From the NCBI GenBank assembly GCA_964557575.1, contig CAZLBC010000012.1:17400-81399 (forward strand): a stretch of 64,000 nucleotides of DNA, given 5' to 3'. The stretch is from an uncultured Planctomycetaceae bacterium (GTDB lineage Bacteria > Planctomycetota > Phycisphaerae > SM23-33). Position 1 is the first letter of the stretch; every line of letters starts with the position of its first letter. The notes under the pieces are model-generated. The model was not told the DNA's origin. It ran no database searches and saw only the letters and a list, made by a program, of their open reading frames with translations. This document shows, in pieces, positions 36,833 through 46,710 of this stretch. Position numbers and translations under genes: made by a program.

Positions 36833-39771
36833 CGGGGATTGACCCGCCGGGTCGCATCGGGGATATACAGGGTTCCCAGGCCGTCCGGATTGTAGTAGTA
36901 CCGTTCCGCACCGGCCCAGTTCGACGCCTCGCGGCTCTGCGACGCATACCGCGCAAAGTTTATTCCCCAGAACCGGCTCTCGCCGTCGGCCCCGAAGGCG
37001 GCCCGGGGAATACGCATTTCCACCGTCCACGCGTCTTCCTTTCGCGCAACGGACACGTCCGCCCCCAGGGGAAACGGCCGAACGATACCGAGCGGGGGAT
37101 CACTGCCGATCCCGAGTTGCTGAACCGACACGCCGTTGGGTTTGACCACGATATGAAACAGCCCCTCCGGCGCGGATGCCGTCGATCCGGGATCGATAAT
37201 CATTTCGACCAGATCCTCGCCGCAGGCCAGCAACTGTTCGTAATGAATCCGGTTGTCATTGCGGATCGTCATACCCGAAAGGTCGGGTTCCCCGCACAGG
37301 AATCCGAAGTAGAGATACTGCTCATCGTGCATAACAAATACGACGGTCTGCCTGTCCGCCAGCCCGTTTTTTGTCCTGCCGCGCCTGCCGAGCAGCCGGA
37401 AATCACCGGCCGAATTATTCGCTTTCGAGGGCCAGTCGTCCAGTCGCCCGTCAATGCGGGGGGGGCGGATACACCGGGGCGCGATGATAAACGATATCTG
37501 CCCGTCGACCCGGTGCATGACGCGCTGATCGACCGACACCTCGACCCCGACCGGAACATGTCCCTTGACATCAACGGGCACATGGGGCCCGGTGATTTCC
37601 AGTTCCGCAACCCGCTTCGTGCCGGGTGCGAGGGCGGACAGTATTTTCTGATCTTCGCACCGCCGCCAGCCAGGGGGGAGCGCGTGTACCCGGAGACTGC
37701 AGTCGACCGCTTCCAGGCCGCCGTTGTAAAGATCCATTCTGAGGCGGGCCCGCACAGCGCCGATATCGGCCGCGCCGCCGGCAGTATCGGCCGTGGTTTC
37801 TTTCGGGCCCGCATGAACCTGTGCCATCATTCGTTCGACGCCGATCGTGTTGATACCCTCGCTGAACCGGGCCCACCGGACGCGGTCCGCGATATGATCC
37901 GGCGCGTTCTTCATATCCGGATGCACGGCCGCGGAAACCTTTTCGGCGAGAATCCGCCGGGCCGCTATCCAGGCGGAACCCTTCTCGACCCATCCACCGA
38001 TACGGGGATCGAGATAGTTGTCGCCCACGGCTTCGAGACCGGCGTACCGGACCAGTGAATTCAGTATTGCTTGGGCCGATTCATTCTGTCCGCGAACCCG
38101 GAGAATGTTGATATAGGCGATATCCTGCAGCCCCCTTCTCAGCCGTTTCAGGCGCACCGAGGGGAGTATCGTATCAATGCCGAAGGTATCCCCCGGATAG
38201 AACAGCCGGGCCTCCGCGCCTTTCGGCGTACCGTATATATCACCGCGCCAGTTCAATACATCCGGGAACAGCAGCCCGGACGCCCCGTACTTCGCGGCAA
38301 ACCACGGAATCGCGCGTACGCCTGAAGGTGTGGCCAGAATCGAAAGACAGGGAAGATACGGCGGCCTGCCGGGAGAAATCCACACGCCGGCCAGGGCGCC
38401 GGCCGAATCCTCATCACGGGCGCCGCCGGACGGTTGCAGCCATTGGGCGGGCGGGGAAACAATATCCGCCAGCGCGGAAAAATCAGCCGGCACCTTCCAG
38501 CCGGTCTGAGCCGGGGGACGGGACGGCAACCGCGTCAGTATGGGGATCTTCGGATCCGCGGACCTGATCAGGCCGGAAAGCCGCACGAACCGTGCATATC
38601 TCCGTTCATCGATGCGACCGCGACACGGCCACGCGAACACGGCATCCGCGGCGCCCAGCGAACGCAAATGTTCCCCGCTGAGCGATACGATGCGACGCAC
38701 GACGCTCGCATACTGTTCGGCGTGAATACCGCCGTAATAGTGCGGAACAGGCCACCGATCGGTTATCGGGACCGGCCAGGCGGACGCGCCGACCCGGTCC
38801 GCAAATGCCGTTCCGCTCACGCACGGAGCCGCAACCGCGTCATACCCGCTCCAGTCGAGGTGTATATTCCCCTGCAGATCGCGCTTGATCTTCGGATGCA
38901 GTTCCCGGTCGAAAAGATCAAGACGATGACGATGTCCGATCACGGCCAGTTCGCGCACTATGTTCAGTCCCTCAGCGACCGCGCGCCGCTCCGGGTCGAG
39001 GAAAATCGGCTCATAGGGTTTGCCGTTCCTGCGTATAAACCGCCTGAAAATATCGAGATGATTGAAACCGCCGACGGTTGCCAGCGGTTTCGTCTCCGGC
39101 AACACGAAGTCGTATACCTCGATTTCGATCGGAACAGTCTCCCCGCCCCAGAGAAAAGTGTCGATCTCGATTTCTCCGGTGTAGGTTCCCGGAAGCGTAT
39201 CGGCCGGCACCGCGAGGTCAACCCAGACGGCCAGCCGTTTTCCGCGGGACAGATCGAAGGGTTGTCCTTCGCCGGGCATATCCAACGGCACGAGCGGATC
39301 GTAATAGTTCGCTTCCTCGGGAACCGCGGGCACCAGCCGCAAGTACCAGGCGGGGAAATCCTTCACCGGTACGGGCAACATGCGGAAACCGCGAAAAGCA
39401 CCCTGCGGTATGGGCTTGCGCGTATTGCCGGTGGTCTCAAGCTTCTTGAAACTGATCGTGATATCAGACACGCTCCCCAGGGATCCGGCATCGAGAACAA
39501 GCTGAAAACTAACCGTTTCATTCGCGGCGGAAAACAACCGAACCGTTTTGTTGTCCTCCGTGAAAACCACCGTATCCCTGAACGCGGCGGTTTTGTCCGT
39601 CAGTTGATGCATGTCGGAAACCACCCAGACATCGAGATCGCCGGCACTCGGGAGGCCGTCGCACCCCGTGCACAGCAGGCAGGCCGCAAGCAGAACGTTT
39701 CCGACTGCCTTTCGCCCCGGCCCGGCTATCCGGGAAGACGGACACGATATTTCGAGGGATGAATAATCCAT
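36829..39771 (-). CDS. Secreted putative glycoside hydrolase (DUF4091-containing, GH123-like architecture) with a C-terminal CBM9-like domain
   Basis: The 980-aa product has a lipoprotein-like signal, a central DUF4091-like region and a C-terminal DGRLDDWP...FVMHDEQYLYFGFLC pattern typical of CBM9/DOMON-like sugar-binding modules. Confidence 0.5.
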   Translation of the reverse strand: MDYSSLEISCPSSRIAGPGRKAVGNVLLAACLLCTGCDGLPSAGDLDVWVVSDMHQLTDKTAAFRDTVVFTEDNKTVRLFSAANETVSFQLVLDAGSLGSVSDITISFKKLETTGNTRKPIPQGAFRGFRMLPVPVKDFPAWYLRLVPAVPEEANYYDPLVPLDMPGEGQPFDLSRGKRLAVWVDLAVPADTLPGTYTGEIEIDTFLWGGETVPIEIEVYDFVLPETKPLATVGGFNHLDIFRRFIRRNGKPYEPIFLDPERRAVAEGLNIVRELAVIGHRHRLDLFDRELHPKIKRDLQGNIHLDWSGYDAVAAPCVSGTAFADRVGASAWPVPITDRWPVPHYYGGIHAEQYASVVRRIVSLSGEHLRSLGAADAVFAWPCRGRIDERRYARFVRLSGLIRSADPKIPILTRLPSRPPAQTGWKVPADFSALADIVSPPAQWLQPSGGARDEDSAGALAGVWISPGRPPYLPCLSILATPSGVRAIPWFAAKYGASGLLFPDVLNWRGDIYGTPKGAEARLFYPGDTFGIDTILPSVRLKRLRRGLQDIAYINILRVRGQNESAQAILNSLVRYAGLEAVGDNYLDPRIGGWVEKGSAWIAARRILAEKVSAAVHPDMKNAPDHIADRVRWARFSEGINTIGVERMMAQVHAGPKETTADTAGGAADIGAVRARLRMDLYNGGLEAVDCSLRVHALPPGWRRCEDQKILSALAPGTKRVAELEITGPHVPVDVKGHVPVGVEVSVDQRVMHRVDGQISFIIAPRCIRPPRIDGRLDDWPSKANNSAGDFRLLGRRGRTKNGLADRQTVVFVMHDEQYLYFGFLCGEPDLSGMTIRNDNRIHYEQLLACGEDLVEMIIDPGSTASAPEGLFHIVVKPNGVSVQQLGIGSDPPLGIVRPFPLGADVSVARKEDAWTVEMRIPRAAFGADGESRFWGINFARYASQSREASNWAGAERYYYNPDGLGTLYIPDATRRVNPR

Positions 39772-39863
39772 TTCGGTACCGCACGATTATATTGAGGATA
39801 TCCTTTTTACGAAAGGGTCTTGATAGACGGACGGAATATGTGCTAATTAGAAATCGAAAGATT

Positions 39864-40502
39864 ATGTGCGCCCCTTCATATGAATCCCGCTTTATCGTGA
39901 TTGACGGACCGGACGGTGCCGGCAAGACCACCCAGGTCGACATGCTCAGGGAGTTCCTCGAATCCACCGGGCAATCCACCGTCGTTGCGACTGATCCGGG
40001 TGGAACGGATATCGGTCGTCGCCTCAGGGATATCCTGCTGCACGAACCGCACCGGGCGATGAATCCGCGCTGCGAAACACTGCTCTTCATGGCCAGCCGC
40101 GCACAACTCGTCGATGAAGTGATACGCCCCGCCCTCCGGTCCGGCGCGGCCGTCATATGCGATAGATACGTTTCGGCCACCATCGCGTACCAGGGAGCGC
40201 TCGGCATCGAAACCGGGGATATTATTACCCTGGCGGCTTTCGCGACGGACGCCCTGTGGCCGGACGTCACCGTGGTTCTCGATATCCCCCCGGAAGACGG
40301 CATGCGGCGAGCGGGACAGAGTCCCGACCGGCTGGAATCCCGGGAAACAGGATACCACCGCGCAGTCCGTCAGGCCTTTCTCGAACTGGAGGACACCTAC
40401 CCGGGTCCGGTTCGGCTTGTCGGCGCGGAAGGCTCTCCGCAGGACATTCACCGTCGAATCCGCCAGATACTGGAATGCCAATGTGACAACGACACCTCTT
40501 GA
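39864..40502 (+). CDS. tmk: Thymidylate kinase
   Basis: P-loop IDGPDGAGKTTQ, DRY motif (ICDRYVSATIAYQG) and a lid region. Confidence 0.9.
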   Translation: MCAPSYESRFIVIDGPDGAGKTTQVDMLREFLESTGQSTVVATDPGGTDIGRRLRDILLHEPHRAMNPRCETLLFMASRAQLVDEVIRPALRSGAAVICDRYVSATIAYQGALGIETGDIITLAAFATDALWPDVTVVLDIPPEDGMRRAGQSPDRLESRETGYHRAVRQAFLELEDTYPGPVRLVGAEGSPQDIHRRIRQILECQCDNDTS

Positions 40503-41634
40503 ACAGATAGAAGGACAACAGGAAGCGATAGACATGATCCTGGCGAACATCGCTTCGGATCGCCTGCATCACGCATGCATTTTCTCAGGGCCCGGCGGCG
40601 TCGGGCGGCGCACCACCGCCATCGCTCTCGCCAAGCTCATACTGTGCGAAAAAGATTCATCAGAACAGGGGCTTTTCACCGGGGGGGACCAACCCGGCAA
40701 CCGCGAAGCCTGCGGCGTATGCGAAAGCTGCCGCATGATGGATGCGGATACCCATCCGGATTTTCACCTGGTTTACAAGGAACTGATTCAGTTTCACTCC
40801 GACAAAACGAAACGCGACAGGAAGATGCAGGCGATGGGGATCGACGTTGTCAGGGAATTCCTGATCGACCCGGCCGGCCGCCGGCCCGTTCGCGGTGTCG
40901 GAAGAATATTCCTGATACTGGAGGCGGAACTGCTGTCGACGGAAGCCCAGAACGCCCTTCTCAAAACGCTGGAAGAACCACCCGCTGGGGTCATGATCAT
41001 ACTGATGTGCCCGAACCCGGAACTGCTCCTGCCGACAACCAGGAGCCGGTGCGGATTGTATCGTTTTGCGCCACTCTCGACGGAATTCATCGTCAGCCGG
41101 CTTGCCGCGGAGGACATCGACAGAACCGAAGGTGCTTTCTGGGCCGCGTTTACCGGCGGTTCACTCGGCGAGTCGCTCGATCTCGCCAAACGCGGCGTCT
41201 ATGAAATCAAGACGGAGGTCGTCGACGACATAGCGCGCCTTGATGCGGATAACGGCGAAAACCTCGGCGAAAAGCTCAACAAGATCACCGAAAAGATGAG
41301 CGAGGAGATAATCAAAAGAACAAAGAAAAAACGGGGTGTCGAATTGAGCGTGCTGCTCGCCCGGCGGAAAGCAACGGCCGTTATGGTGCGTATCGTGGCC
41401 TCCCTCGTAAATGATGCCATGGCCGTTTCGGCGGAAGTCGACCGGGCGCCGGTGAATGCCGACCAGCCCGGAGCGATTCAGCGCATGGCGAGCAGGATGG
41501 ACGCCGTACACCTGGCTCGCGCCATTCGACAGCTCTCGGAACTCGAACGCTGCATATGGAGAAATGTAAATCCAAAAGTAGTTTGGGATAACGTTGTGAT
41601 CACCTGTTCGTCGGCGGCACCCCTTCACCTGTAA
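40483..41634 (+). CDS. holB: DNA polymerase III delta-prime subunit
   Basis: LEQIEGQQ...HHACIFSGPGGVGRRTTA and a CGVCESCRMM zinc module. The start is ambiguous among TTG 40417, GTG 40483 and ATG 40534. The conserved F-x-QIxGQ box lies upstream of 40534, so the GTG was chosen, which overlaps the tmk 3' end. Confidence 0.75.
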   Translation: MTTTPLEQIEGQQEAIDMILANIASDRLHHACIFSGPGGVGRRTTAIALAKLILCEKDSSEQGLFTGGDQPGNREACGVCESCRMMDADTHPDFHLVYKELIQFHSDKTKRDRKMQAMGIDVVREFLIDPAGRRPVRGVGRIFLILEAELLSTEAQNALLKTLEEPPAGVMIILMCPNPELLLPTTRSRCGLYRFAPLSTEFIVSRLAAEDIDRTEGAFWAAFTGGSLGESLDLAKRGVYEIKTEVVDDIARLDADNGENLGEKLNKITEKMSEEIIKRTKKKRGVELSVLLARRKATAVMVRIVASLVNDAMAVSAEVDRAPVNADQPGAIQRMASRMDAVHLARAIRQLSELERCIWRNVNPKVVWDNVVITCSSAAPLHL

Positions 41635-41751
41635 ATTCACCCCTTTTCTTGCCGGCCGGCGCGACGGGCGGCGGCTGCGAACCCTCAATCGAGCTGTTAC
41701 AGAGCACTAATCATTGATTTTTTTGCATAAAAGCCGTAGATTACGCGGCCT

Positions 41752-43914
41752 ATGAAGGATTTCTACAGATCAGTCAGGTATCTTAAACCGCAGATTCCCC
41801 GACTCATACCGGCGGTCATCTGCGTCATCCTGATCGCCGTCCTCTGGGGCGGCGGCCTGGGCATGGCGCTGCCCGCCATGAAAGTGCTCATTTCGGATGA
41901 GGGAATTCACGGTTGGGCGTGGAACGAGTTGACGCAGGACAAGATCGGCTCCAACATCAAACACCGAAAAGTTCCCCCCATCATGCAGAAAAATTTCGAC
42001 CTGCCCGAAACGGCGCTGAGAATCTTCGATATCCGGGGGGACCGGGACAAGCCCGGACCCGCGCGAAAGGCGGGCTTGTCGGAGGATGACTGGATTATCC
42101 ACGCCCGGTACGGACCGGTGACCGTTTCCTCATCGGACGCCCTGACCCGCAGGATTGCGCGCACCGCACCGGGCGCCACGGTAACCCTCGCCGCGTTCAA
42201 CGAAAAGACGGAGTCCGTGAGGGATGTGACCGTCGTCATCGACCGGCCCGGCAGAATGAGCCAATGGCTGGGCCGCATCGCGGAATATCTTGGTGAGGCA
42301 GACTCGTTCGAGGACCGGTATCCCCCCTTTCTCTACCTGCTGGTAGTAGTCGGCATCATGACGGTCGCCCGAAACGTCCTGCGGTTTTTTCAGGAATACC
42401 TGGTCCGGACCGCCGTCTACCGGGGCATGATGGACATTCGGTGCGATAATTTTGATGCCGCCCTGCACCAGCCGTTGACGTTTTTTTCCGAGGAGGGGAC
42501 GACGGACACGATGAGCCGGTTTGTGCAGGACATTAATTTCCTTACGCGGGCGCATATCACCCTGTTCGGCAAGACGCTCGTCGAGCCGGCCAAGGGGGCC
42601 GCGGTCCTGCTGGTGGCGTTCTATTTCAGTTGGGAGATGACCCTGATCGCCCTGATCGGGGGACCCGTCGCGTACTTCCTGATACGGCTGTTCGGCAAAA
42701 TAATGAAAAAGGCCAGCCGGCGGGCGTTGGGAAACTGGTCAAGCATGTTGTCCATTTTGCAGGAAACTCTCGGCGGCATCCGGGTGGTCAAGGCATACGC
42801 CATGGAGGCCGCGGAGCGAAGGAGATTCCTGGTAACGAATCGCCGCCTCTACAAGCAGCAGCGCAGGATAGCCCGGGTCAACGCGGCCGCCGGTCCGAGC
42901 GTGGAAGTACTCGGCATGTTCGCCGCGGGCGGGGCGGCTGTGGGCGCCGGATACATGGTCTTCCACGAAGGCATGGATCCGGAGATATTCATTTCCTGGA
43001 TGATATGCCTGGCCGGCATGTACGATCCGGTCCGAAAGCTCTCCAAGGTAGCAACCCGTTTCCACCAGGGAGATGCGGCTGCGTCCCGCATTTTCGAACT
43101 GCATGACCGTGAACGGGAAAAGAGAACGCCGCTTGCACCCACCCTGCCGCGGCACCGCGAATTTCTGTGTTTCGAACATGTTTCCTTTACGTATCCCAAC
43201 AGGGCCGCGCCGGCCGTCTGCGATATCAACCTCGATATCAGGTCCGGACAGACCGTAAGTTTTGTCGGCCCGAACGGGTCGGGAAAAACAACCCTGCTCA
43301 GCCTGCTCCCCCGGCTTCTGGAACCGCGGGAGGGGAGGATACTGATCGATGGTAAGGATATATCAACCCATTCCGTGCGATCGCTGCGGCGGCAGATCGC
43401 GCTGGTCACCCAGGAAAATATCATATTCAACGCAACTATAGCGGAAAACATCGCCTACGGTCTCAGGCATCCCCGCCCCGGCCAGGTGGAGGATGCAGCG
43501 GAACGGGCTTTCGTGACGGAATTCGCCCGCAATCTGCCCGACGGCCTGGACACCCTGGTCGGCCAGGAAGGCGCCAAGCTCTCGGGCGGCCAGCGGCAGC
43601 GCATCGCGATAGCACGGGCCATCATACGCGATCCGGCGATACTGATATTCGACGAGGCGCTCAGCCAGATAGATTCCGAAAGCGAACAGAAGATTCATCA
43701 TGCGTTGAGCGATTTTATACAAAATCGCACGACACTCATGATCGCCCATCGTTTCAGCACGATTATCGAAGCCGATTTCATCACCGTCATGTGCGAGGGT
43801 CGCATTCTGGCGACGGGCACACACGAGCAGCTCCTCAGCGGCTGCGGCCTCTACCAGCAATTGTGTCAAACGCAGTTCATCGGGTCTGAAGGAAAGGCTG
43901 ACGATAGAGAATGA
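41752..43914 (+). CDS. msbA: ABC exporter, fused TMD-NBD, MsbA-like lipid A/LPS flippase, with a ~160-aa periplasmic insertion containing a PDZ-like module between TM1 and TM2
   Basis: Six TM helices plus a NBD (GPNGSGKTT, LSGGQRQR, ILIFDEALS). The insertion LRIFDIRGD...KAGLSEDDWIIHARYGPVTV...GATVTLAAFNEKTESVRDVTVVIDRPG has the PDZ G-L-x-x-G-D-x-I signature. Confidence 0.8.
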   Translation: MKDFYRSVRYLKPQIPRLIPAVICVILIAVLWGGGLGMALPAMKVLISDEGIHGWAWNELTQDKIGSNIKHRKVPPIMQKNFDLPETALRIFDIRGDRDKPGPARKAGLSEDDWIIHARYGPVTVSSSDALTRRIARTAPGATVTLAAFNEKTESVRDVTVVIDRPGRMSQWLGRIAEYLGEADSFEDRYPPFLYLLVVVGIMTVARNVLRFFQEYLVRTAVYRGMMDIRCDNFDAALHQPLTFFSEEGTTDTMSRFVQDINFLTRAHITLFGKTLVEPAKGAAVLLVAFYFSWEMTLIALIGGPVAYFLIRLFGKIMKKASRRALGNWSSMLSILQETLGGIRVVKAYAMEAAERRRFLVTNRRLYKQQRRIARVNAAAGPSVEVLGMFAAGGAAVGAGYMVFHEGMDPEIFISWMICLAGMYDPVRKLSKVATRFHQGDAAASRIFELHDREREKRTPLAPTLPRHREFLCFEHVSFTYPNRAAPAVCDINLDIRSGQTVSFVGPNGSGKTTLLSLLPRLLEPREGRILIDGKDISTHSVRSLRRQIALVTQENIIFNATIAENIAYGLRHPRPGQVEDAAERAFVTEFARNLPDGLDTLVGQEGAKLSGGQRQRIAIARAIIRDPAILIFDEALSQIDSESEQKIHHALSDFIQNRTTLMIAHRFSTIIEADFITVMCEGRILATGTHEQLLSGCGLYQQLCQTQFIGSEGKADDRE

Positions 43915-44960
43915 GCCGCGCGGTACACCTTGTCGATCATTCCACGCCCGAGGAAATGATGGATCAACTGCTGAAGCTGAAACGCCCGCAGGAGCGGATA
44001 CTGTCCCTCGGACCCCCTCCTCCCGTTCCGGACAATGTTGACGTCACCGCTCTGCACGTACCGCTCGGCCTCCCGGCGCTGGGAAAGCGCGGGCTGTGTC
44101 GTCACATCGGCCCCGCAACTGTTCTTCACGCCTGGTCGCCTCATCTTGCCGGGCCGGCAGCCCGCGCAGCGGCAGCACACGGCGGGAAAGCACTGTATTC
44201 AATCCACTGCCTGCCGACGGGCGCCAAACGCGAAGAACTTCCGTGGCTCATAGGCTCACTGGATATCATTCTGACGGTACCCGGTACGGAAAGCAGGGAA
44301 ACGCTCCTCGCGTGCGGTGCCGATCCGAACCTGGTGAGTGTTTTGCCCCCCGCGGTATCGCCGAACCGGCCTGACCCGGAACGGATAGCCGCAATACGCA
44401 GTGCAGCAGGGGTAGGAAAAGACGAACTGCTGCTGACCGCGCCGGCGGAAATGACACACGGCGCCGGCCACAAACCGGCGATATGGGCCTATGCTATCGT
44501 GCGGCGGGTCCGCGAGGGGATCCGCCTGGTTATTCCCGGCGACGGCACACTGCGTCGATCCCTCTTCACCTTCGCGAAATCAACCGGCTACGATGACGAG
44601 ATCCTGTTTACCGGTCACCGGTATTCCCCGCGCGAAATCATGGAGGCCGCCGACATCGCGCTTTTCTGCTGCGAACAAACGATCGGGCCGGTGCGTCCGA
44701 TTGAAGCCATGGCCGCCGAAAACGCCCTGATAATCACCACTATCTCCGATCTCACTCCCGCATCGGGCAAACAGAATCATACGGCGATCACTATTGACGA
44801 ACCAAGCCCGGAAAACGTGGCCCGGGCGATCCTCGAGCTTGTCGATTCCCCGGGTCAGCGGGCCCGCCTCGCCGCCGATGCCCGTTCATACACTCACAAT
44901 AATTTTGCCGATACCCTCGTTAGATCGCAGTTGGATGATGTGTATGAATGCCTCCGGTAA
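43911..44960 (+). CDS. Glycosyltransferase family 4 (GT-B) protein, LPS core-type
   Basis: GT4 C-terminal pattern (LLLTAP...GIRLVIPGDG...EAMAAENALI). ATGA overlap with the msbA stop. Confidence 0.7.
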   Translation: MSRAVHLVDHSTPEEMMDQLLKLKRPQERILSLGPPPPVPDNVDVTALHVPLGLPALGKRGLCRHIGPATVLHAWSPHLAGPAARAAAAHGGKALYSIHCLPTGAKREELPWLIGSLDIILTVPGTESRETLLACGADPNLVSVLPPAVSPNRPDPERIAAIRSAAGVGKDELLLTAPAEMTHGAGHKPAIWAYAIVRRVREGIRLVIPGDGTLRRSLFTFAKSTGYDDEILFTGHRYSPREIMEAADIALFCCEQTIGPVRPIEAMAAENALIITTISDLTPASGKQNHTAITIDEPSPENVARAILELVDSPGQRARLAADARSYTHNNFADTLVRSQLDDVYECLR

Positions 44961-46710
44961 AAAGCGTTCCGCTGCAAGGGAAGTGCCGACAGCCGGGTCC
45001 GTGCGCTACCCGAATGCCGCGGCGCGGGACCTGCTGCAGGGCCATCTCCACGTATTGCGGGATCCGGCAAGCAACGGCTGGACCATGGTGAAGCACAACC
45101 CCAACCGCACCGTTTACCGCGGACGTATCGGCTCGTGCGAGTTGTACGTGAAGCACTATCACGGCACCTCGCTTTCCCACCGGATGCGGGCATTCCTGGG
45201 CATGTACGATGCCCTGCGGGAGATGCAGTTTGCCGAACTGTTGAATGAGGCGGGTGTCCATACTCCCCGGCCGCTTGCGTGCGAGACGGGCAGATTCAAC
45301 TGGCTGGCGACACGCGCGGTCCATCCCTCCCGGACGGCGGATAGCTGGCACCTGGCACAACTGCATGAAGGAAAAAACGGCCGGAACAAGGTAACGGCAT
45401 GTACCATTGCCCTCGCGCGTATGATAGGCAAAATGCACACCGCCGGGGTCCTCCACTGCGATCTGCACTGCGGGAATATCTTGATCAGAACCGATACGAA
45501 AAAACCGGTGCCCGTCATTACCGACCTGCACCGCATGAAACGGCACAAACGGCTGACGAGAAAACAGATGGCGCAGAACCTTTCCCAACTGTACCGGGAC
45601 CGTTTTTTTTACACCACGAGGACCGAGCGTTTTCGTTTTCTGAAGCAGTACCTCGAACATGCTCCGGCCGGCGGTTCCCGGTGGGGATGGATGTACCTCG
45701 TGGAACTGTTCGCCCACCGCGATGCTTCATATCAATACCGCAAGCGGGATCGCCGCATCTCCGGGAACAACAGCTATTTCACCAGACTTACATTGCCCGG
45801 CGGATGGCGCGGCAATGTAATCCTCCGGTCGAAACGCAAACCCGTCGGAACCAACGCGGGAGAAATGGTATTCACCCGCGACGATTGGCGGGACGCGTTG
45901 TCCGAACCGGAAACACTCACCCTGAGCGATGCGGGGGAAACAATCAAGTGCTCCCGCTCGGGAACGGTGATACACCGATCGCTGAACGTGGGCGGACGCA
46001 CACTCGACGTGTACGTAAAAAGGCCGAAACTGAAAACGGCGTGGAAAATATTCCTCAGCATGTTTCGGCAATCGCGAAGCCGGAAAGCCTTCGCGCTGGG
46101 GCATAAGCTCCTCACGCGACACATCCCCGCGGCCCTTCCCCTGGCCGCTCTCGAACGGAGACGGTTTTTCCTCCTGAAGGACAGCATCCTTATAACCGAA
46201 GCGGTTAACGCGCCCCACCTTCACGATTTCATGGTCAGGTGGTTCGGGGATTATTCCCGAAACGATAACGGGATCAGCGCGAAAACAAGACGGCGGCTGT
46301 ACCGTGACATCCTTCTGGAACTCGGCCGGATGGTACAGCGTCTTCACGCCAACGGGTTTTTCCATCGCGATCTGAAGGCGACGAATATACGGGTACACTG
46401 GAATCATCAGGAACACCGGACACCGACAATACTGCTGGTCGATCTCGACGGCATGTGTCAGGTCAGGTTCATGACATCGCGGCGGAGATTTCGCGGCGTG
46501 ATGAGACTGAATGTCTCGCTTCTCCAGTGCCCTCCCGTCAATAACTCCGGCCGGCTGCGAATGCTGATGGGTTACCTGAACCGGTTCGGTCTGGAATACA
46601 GGAATTTCAAATCCTTCTGGCGTCTTATCGAGGAATGGTCGGAAAGGAAACTGCAAAAGCAGATTCGCTCGCGGCGACGGCGGCAAAAAGCAGCGAGAAA
46701 ACCCCGATGA
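44935..46710 (+). CDS. Tandem lipopolysaccharide kinase fusion (Kdo kinase KdkA/InaA-like domain plus WaaP/RfaP-like domain)
   Basis: First half HCDLHCGNILI...ITDL, second half FHRDLKATNIRV...LVDLDG. Two complete Kdo/WaaP-family catalytic cores lie in one ~590-aa ORF. The start overlaps the GT4 3' end. Confidence 0.7.
   Translation: MMCMNASGKKRSAAREVPTAGSVRYPNAAARDLLQGHLHVLRDPASNGWTMVKHNPNRTVYRGRIGSCELYVKHYHGTSLSHRMRAFLGMYDALREMQFAELLNEAGVHTPRPLACETGRFNWLATRAVHPSRTADSWHLAQLHEGKNGRNKVTACTIALARMIGKMHTAGVLHCDLHCGNILIRTDTKKPVPVITDLHRMKRHKRLTRKQMAQNLSQLYRDRFFYTTRTERFRFLKQYLEHAPAGGSRWGWMYLVELFAHRDASYQYRKRDRRISGNNSYFTRLTLPGGWRGNVILRSKRKPVGTNAGEMVFTRDDWRDALSEPETLTLSDAGETIKCSRSGTVIHRSLNVGGRTLDVYVKRPKLKTAWKIFLSMFRQSRSRKAFALGHKLLTRHIPAALPLAALERRRFFLLKDSILITEAVNAPHLHDFMVRWFGDYSRNDNGISAKTRRRLYRDILLELGRMVQRLHANGFFHRDLKATNIRVHWNHQEHRTPTILLVDLDGMCQVRFMTSRRRFRGVMRLNVSLLQCPPVNNSGRLRMLMGYLNRFGLEYRNFKSFWRLIEEWSERKLQKQIRSRRRRQKAARKPR

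Noticed and set aside
36814-39762. Plus-strand ORFs of 414 and 442 aa opposite the glycoside hydrolase gene
   Set aside because: They are antisense artefacts of a GC-rich gene and have no domains.
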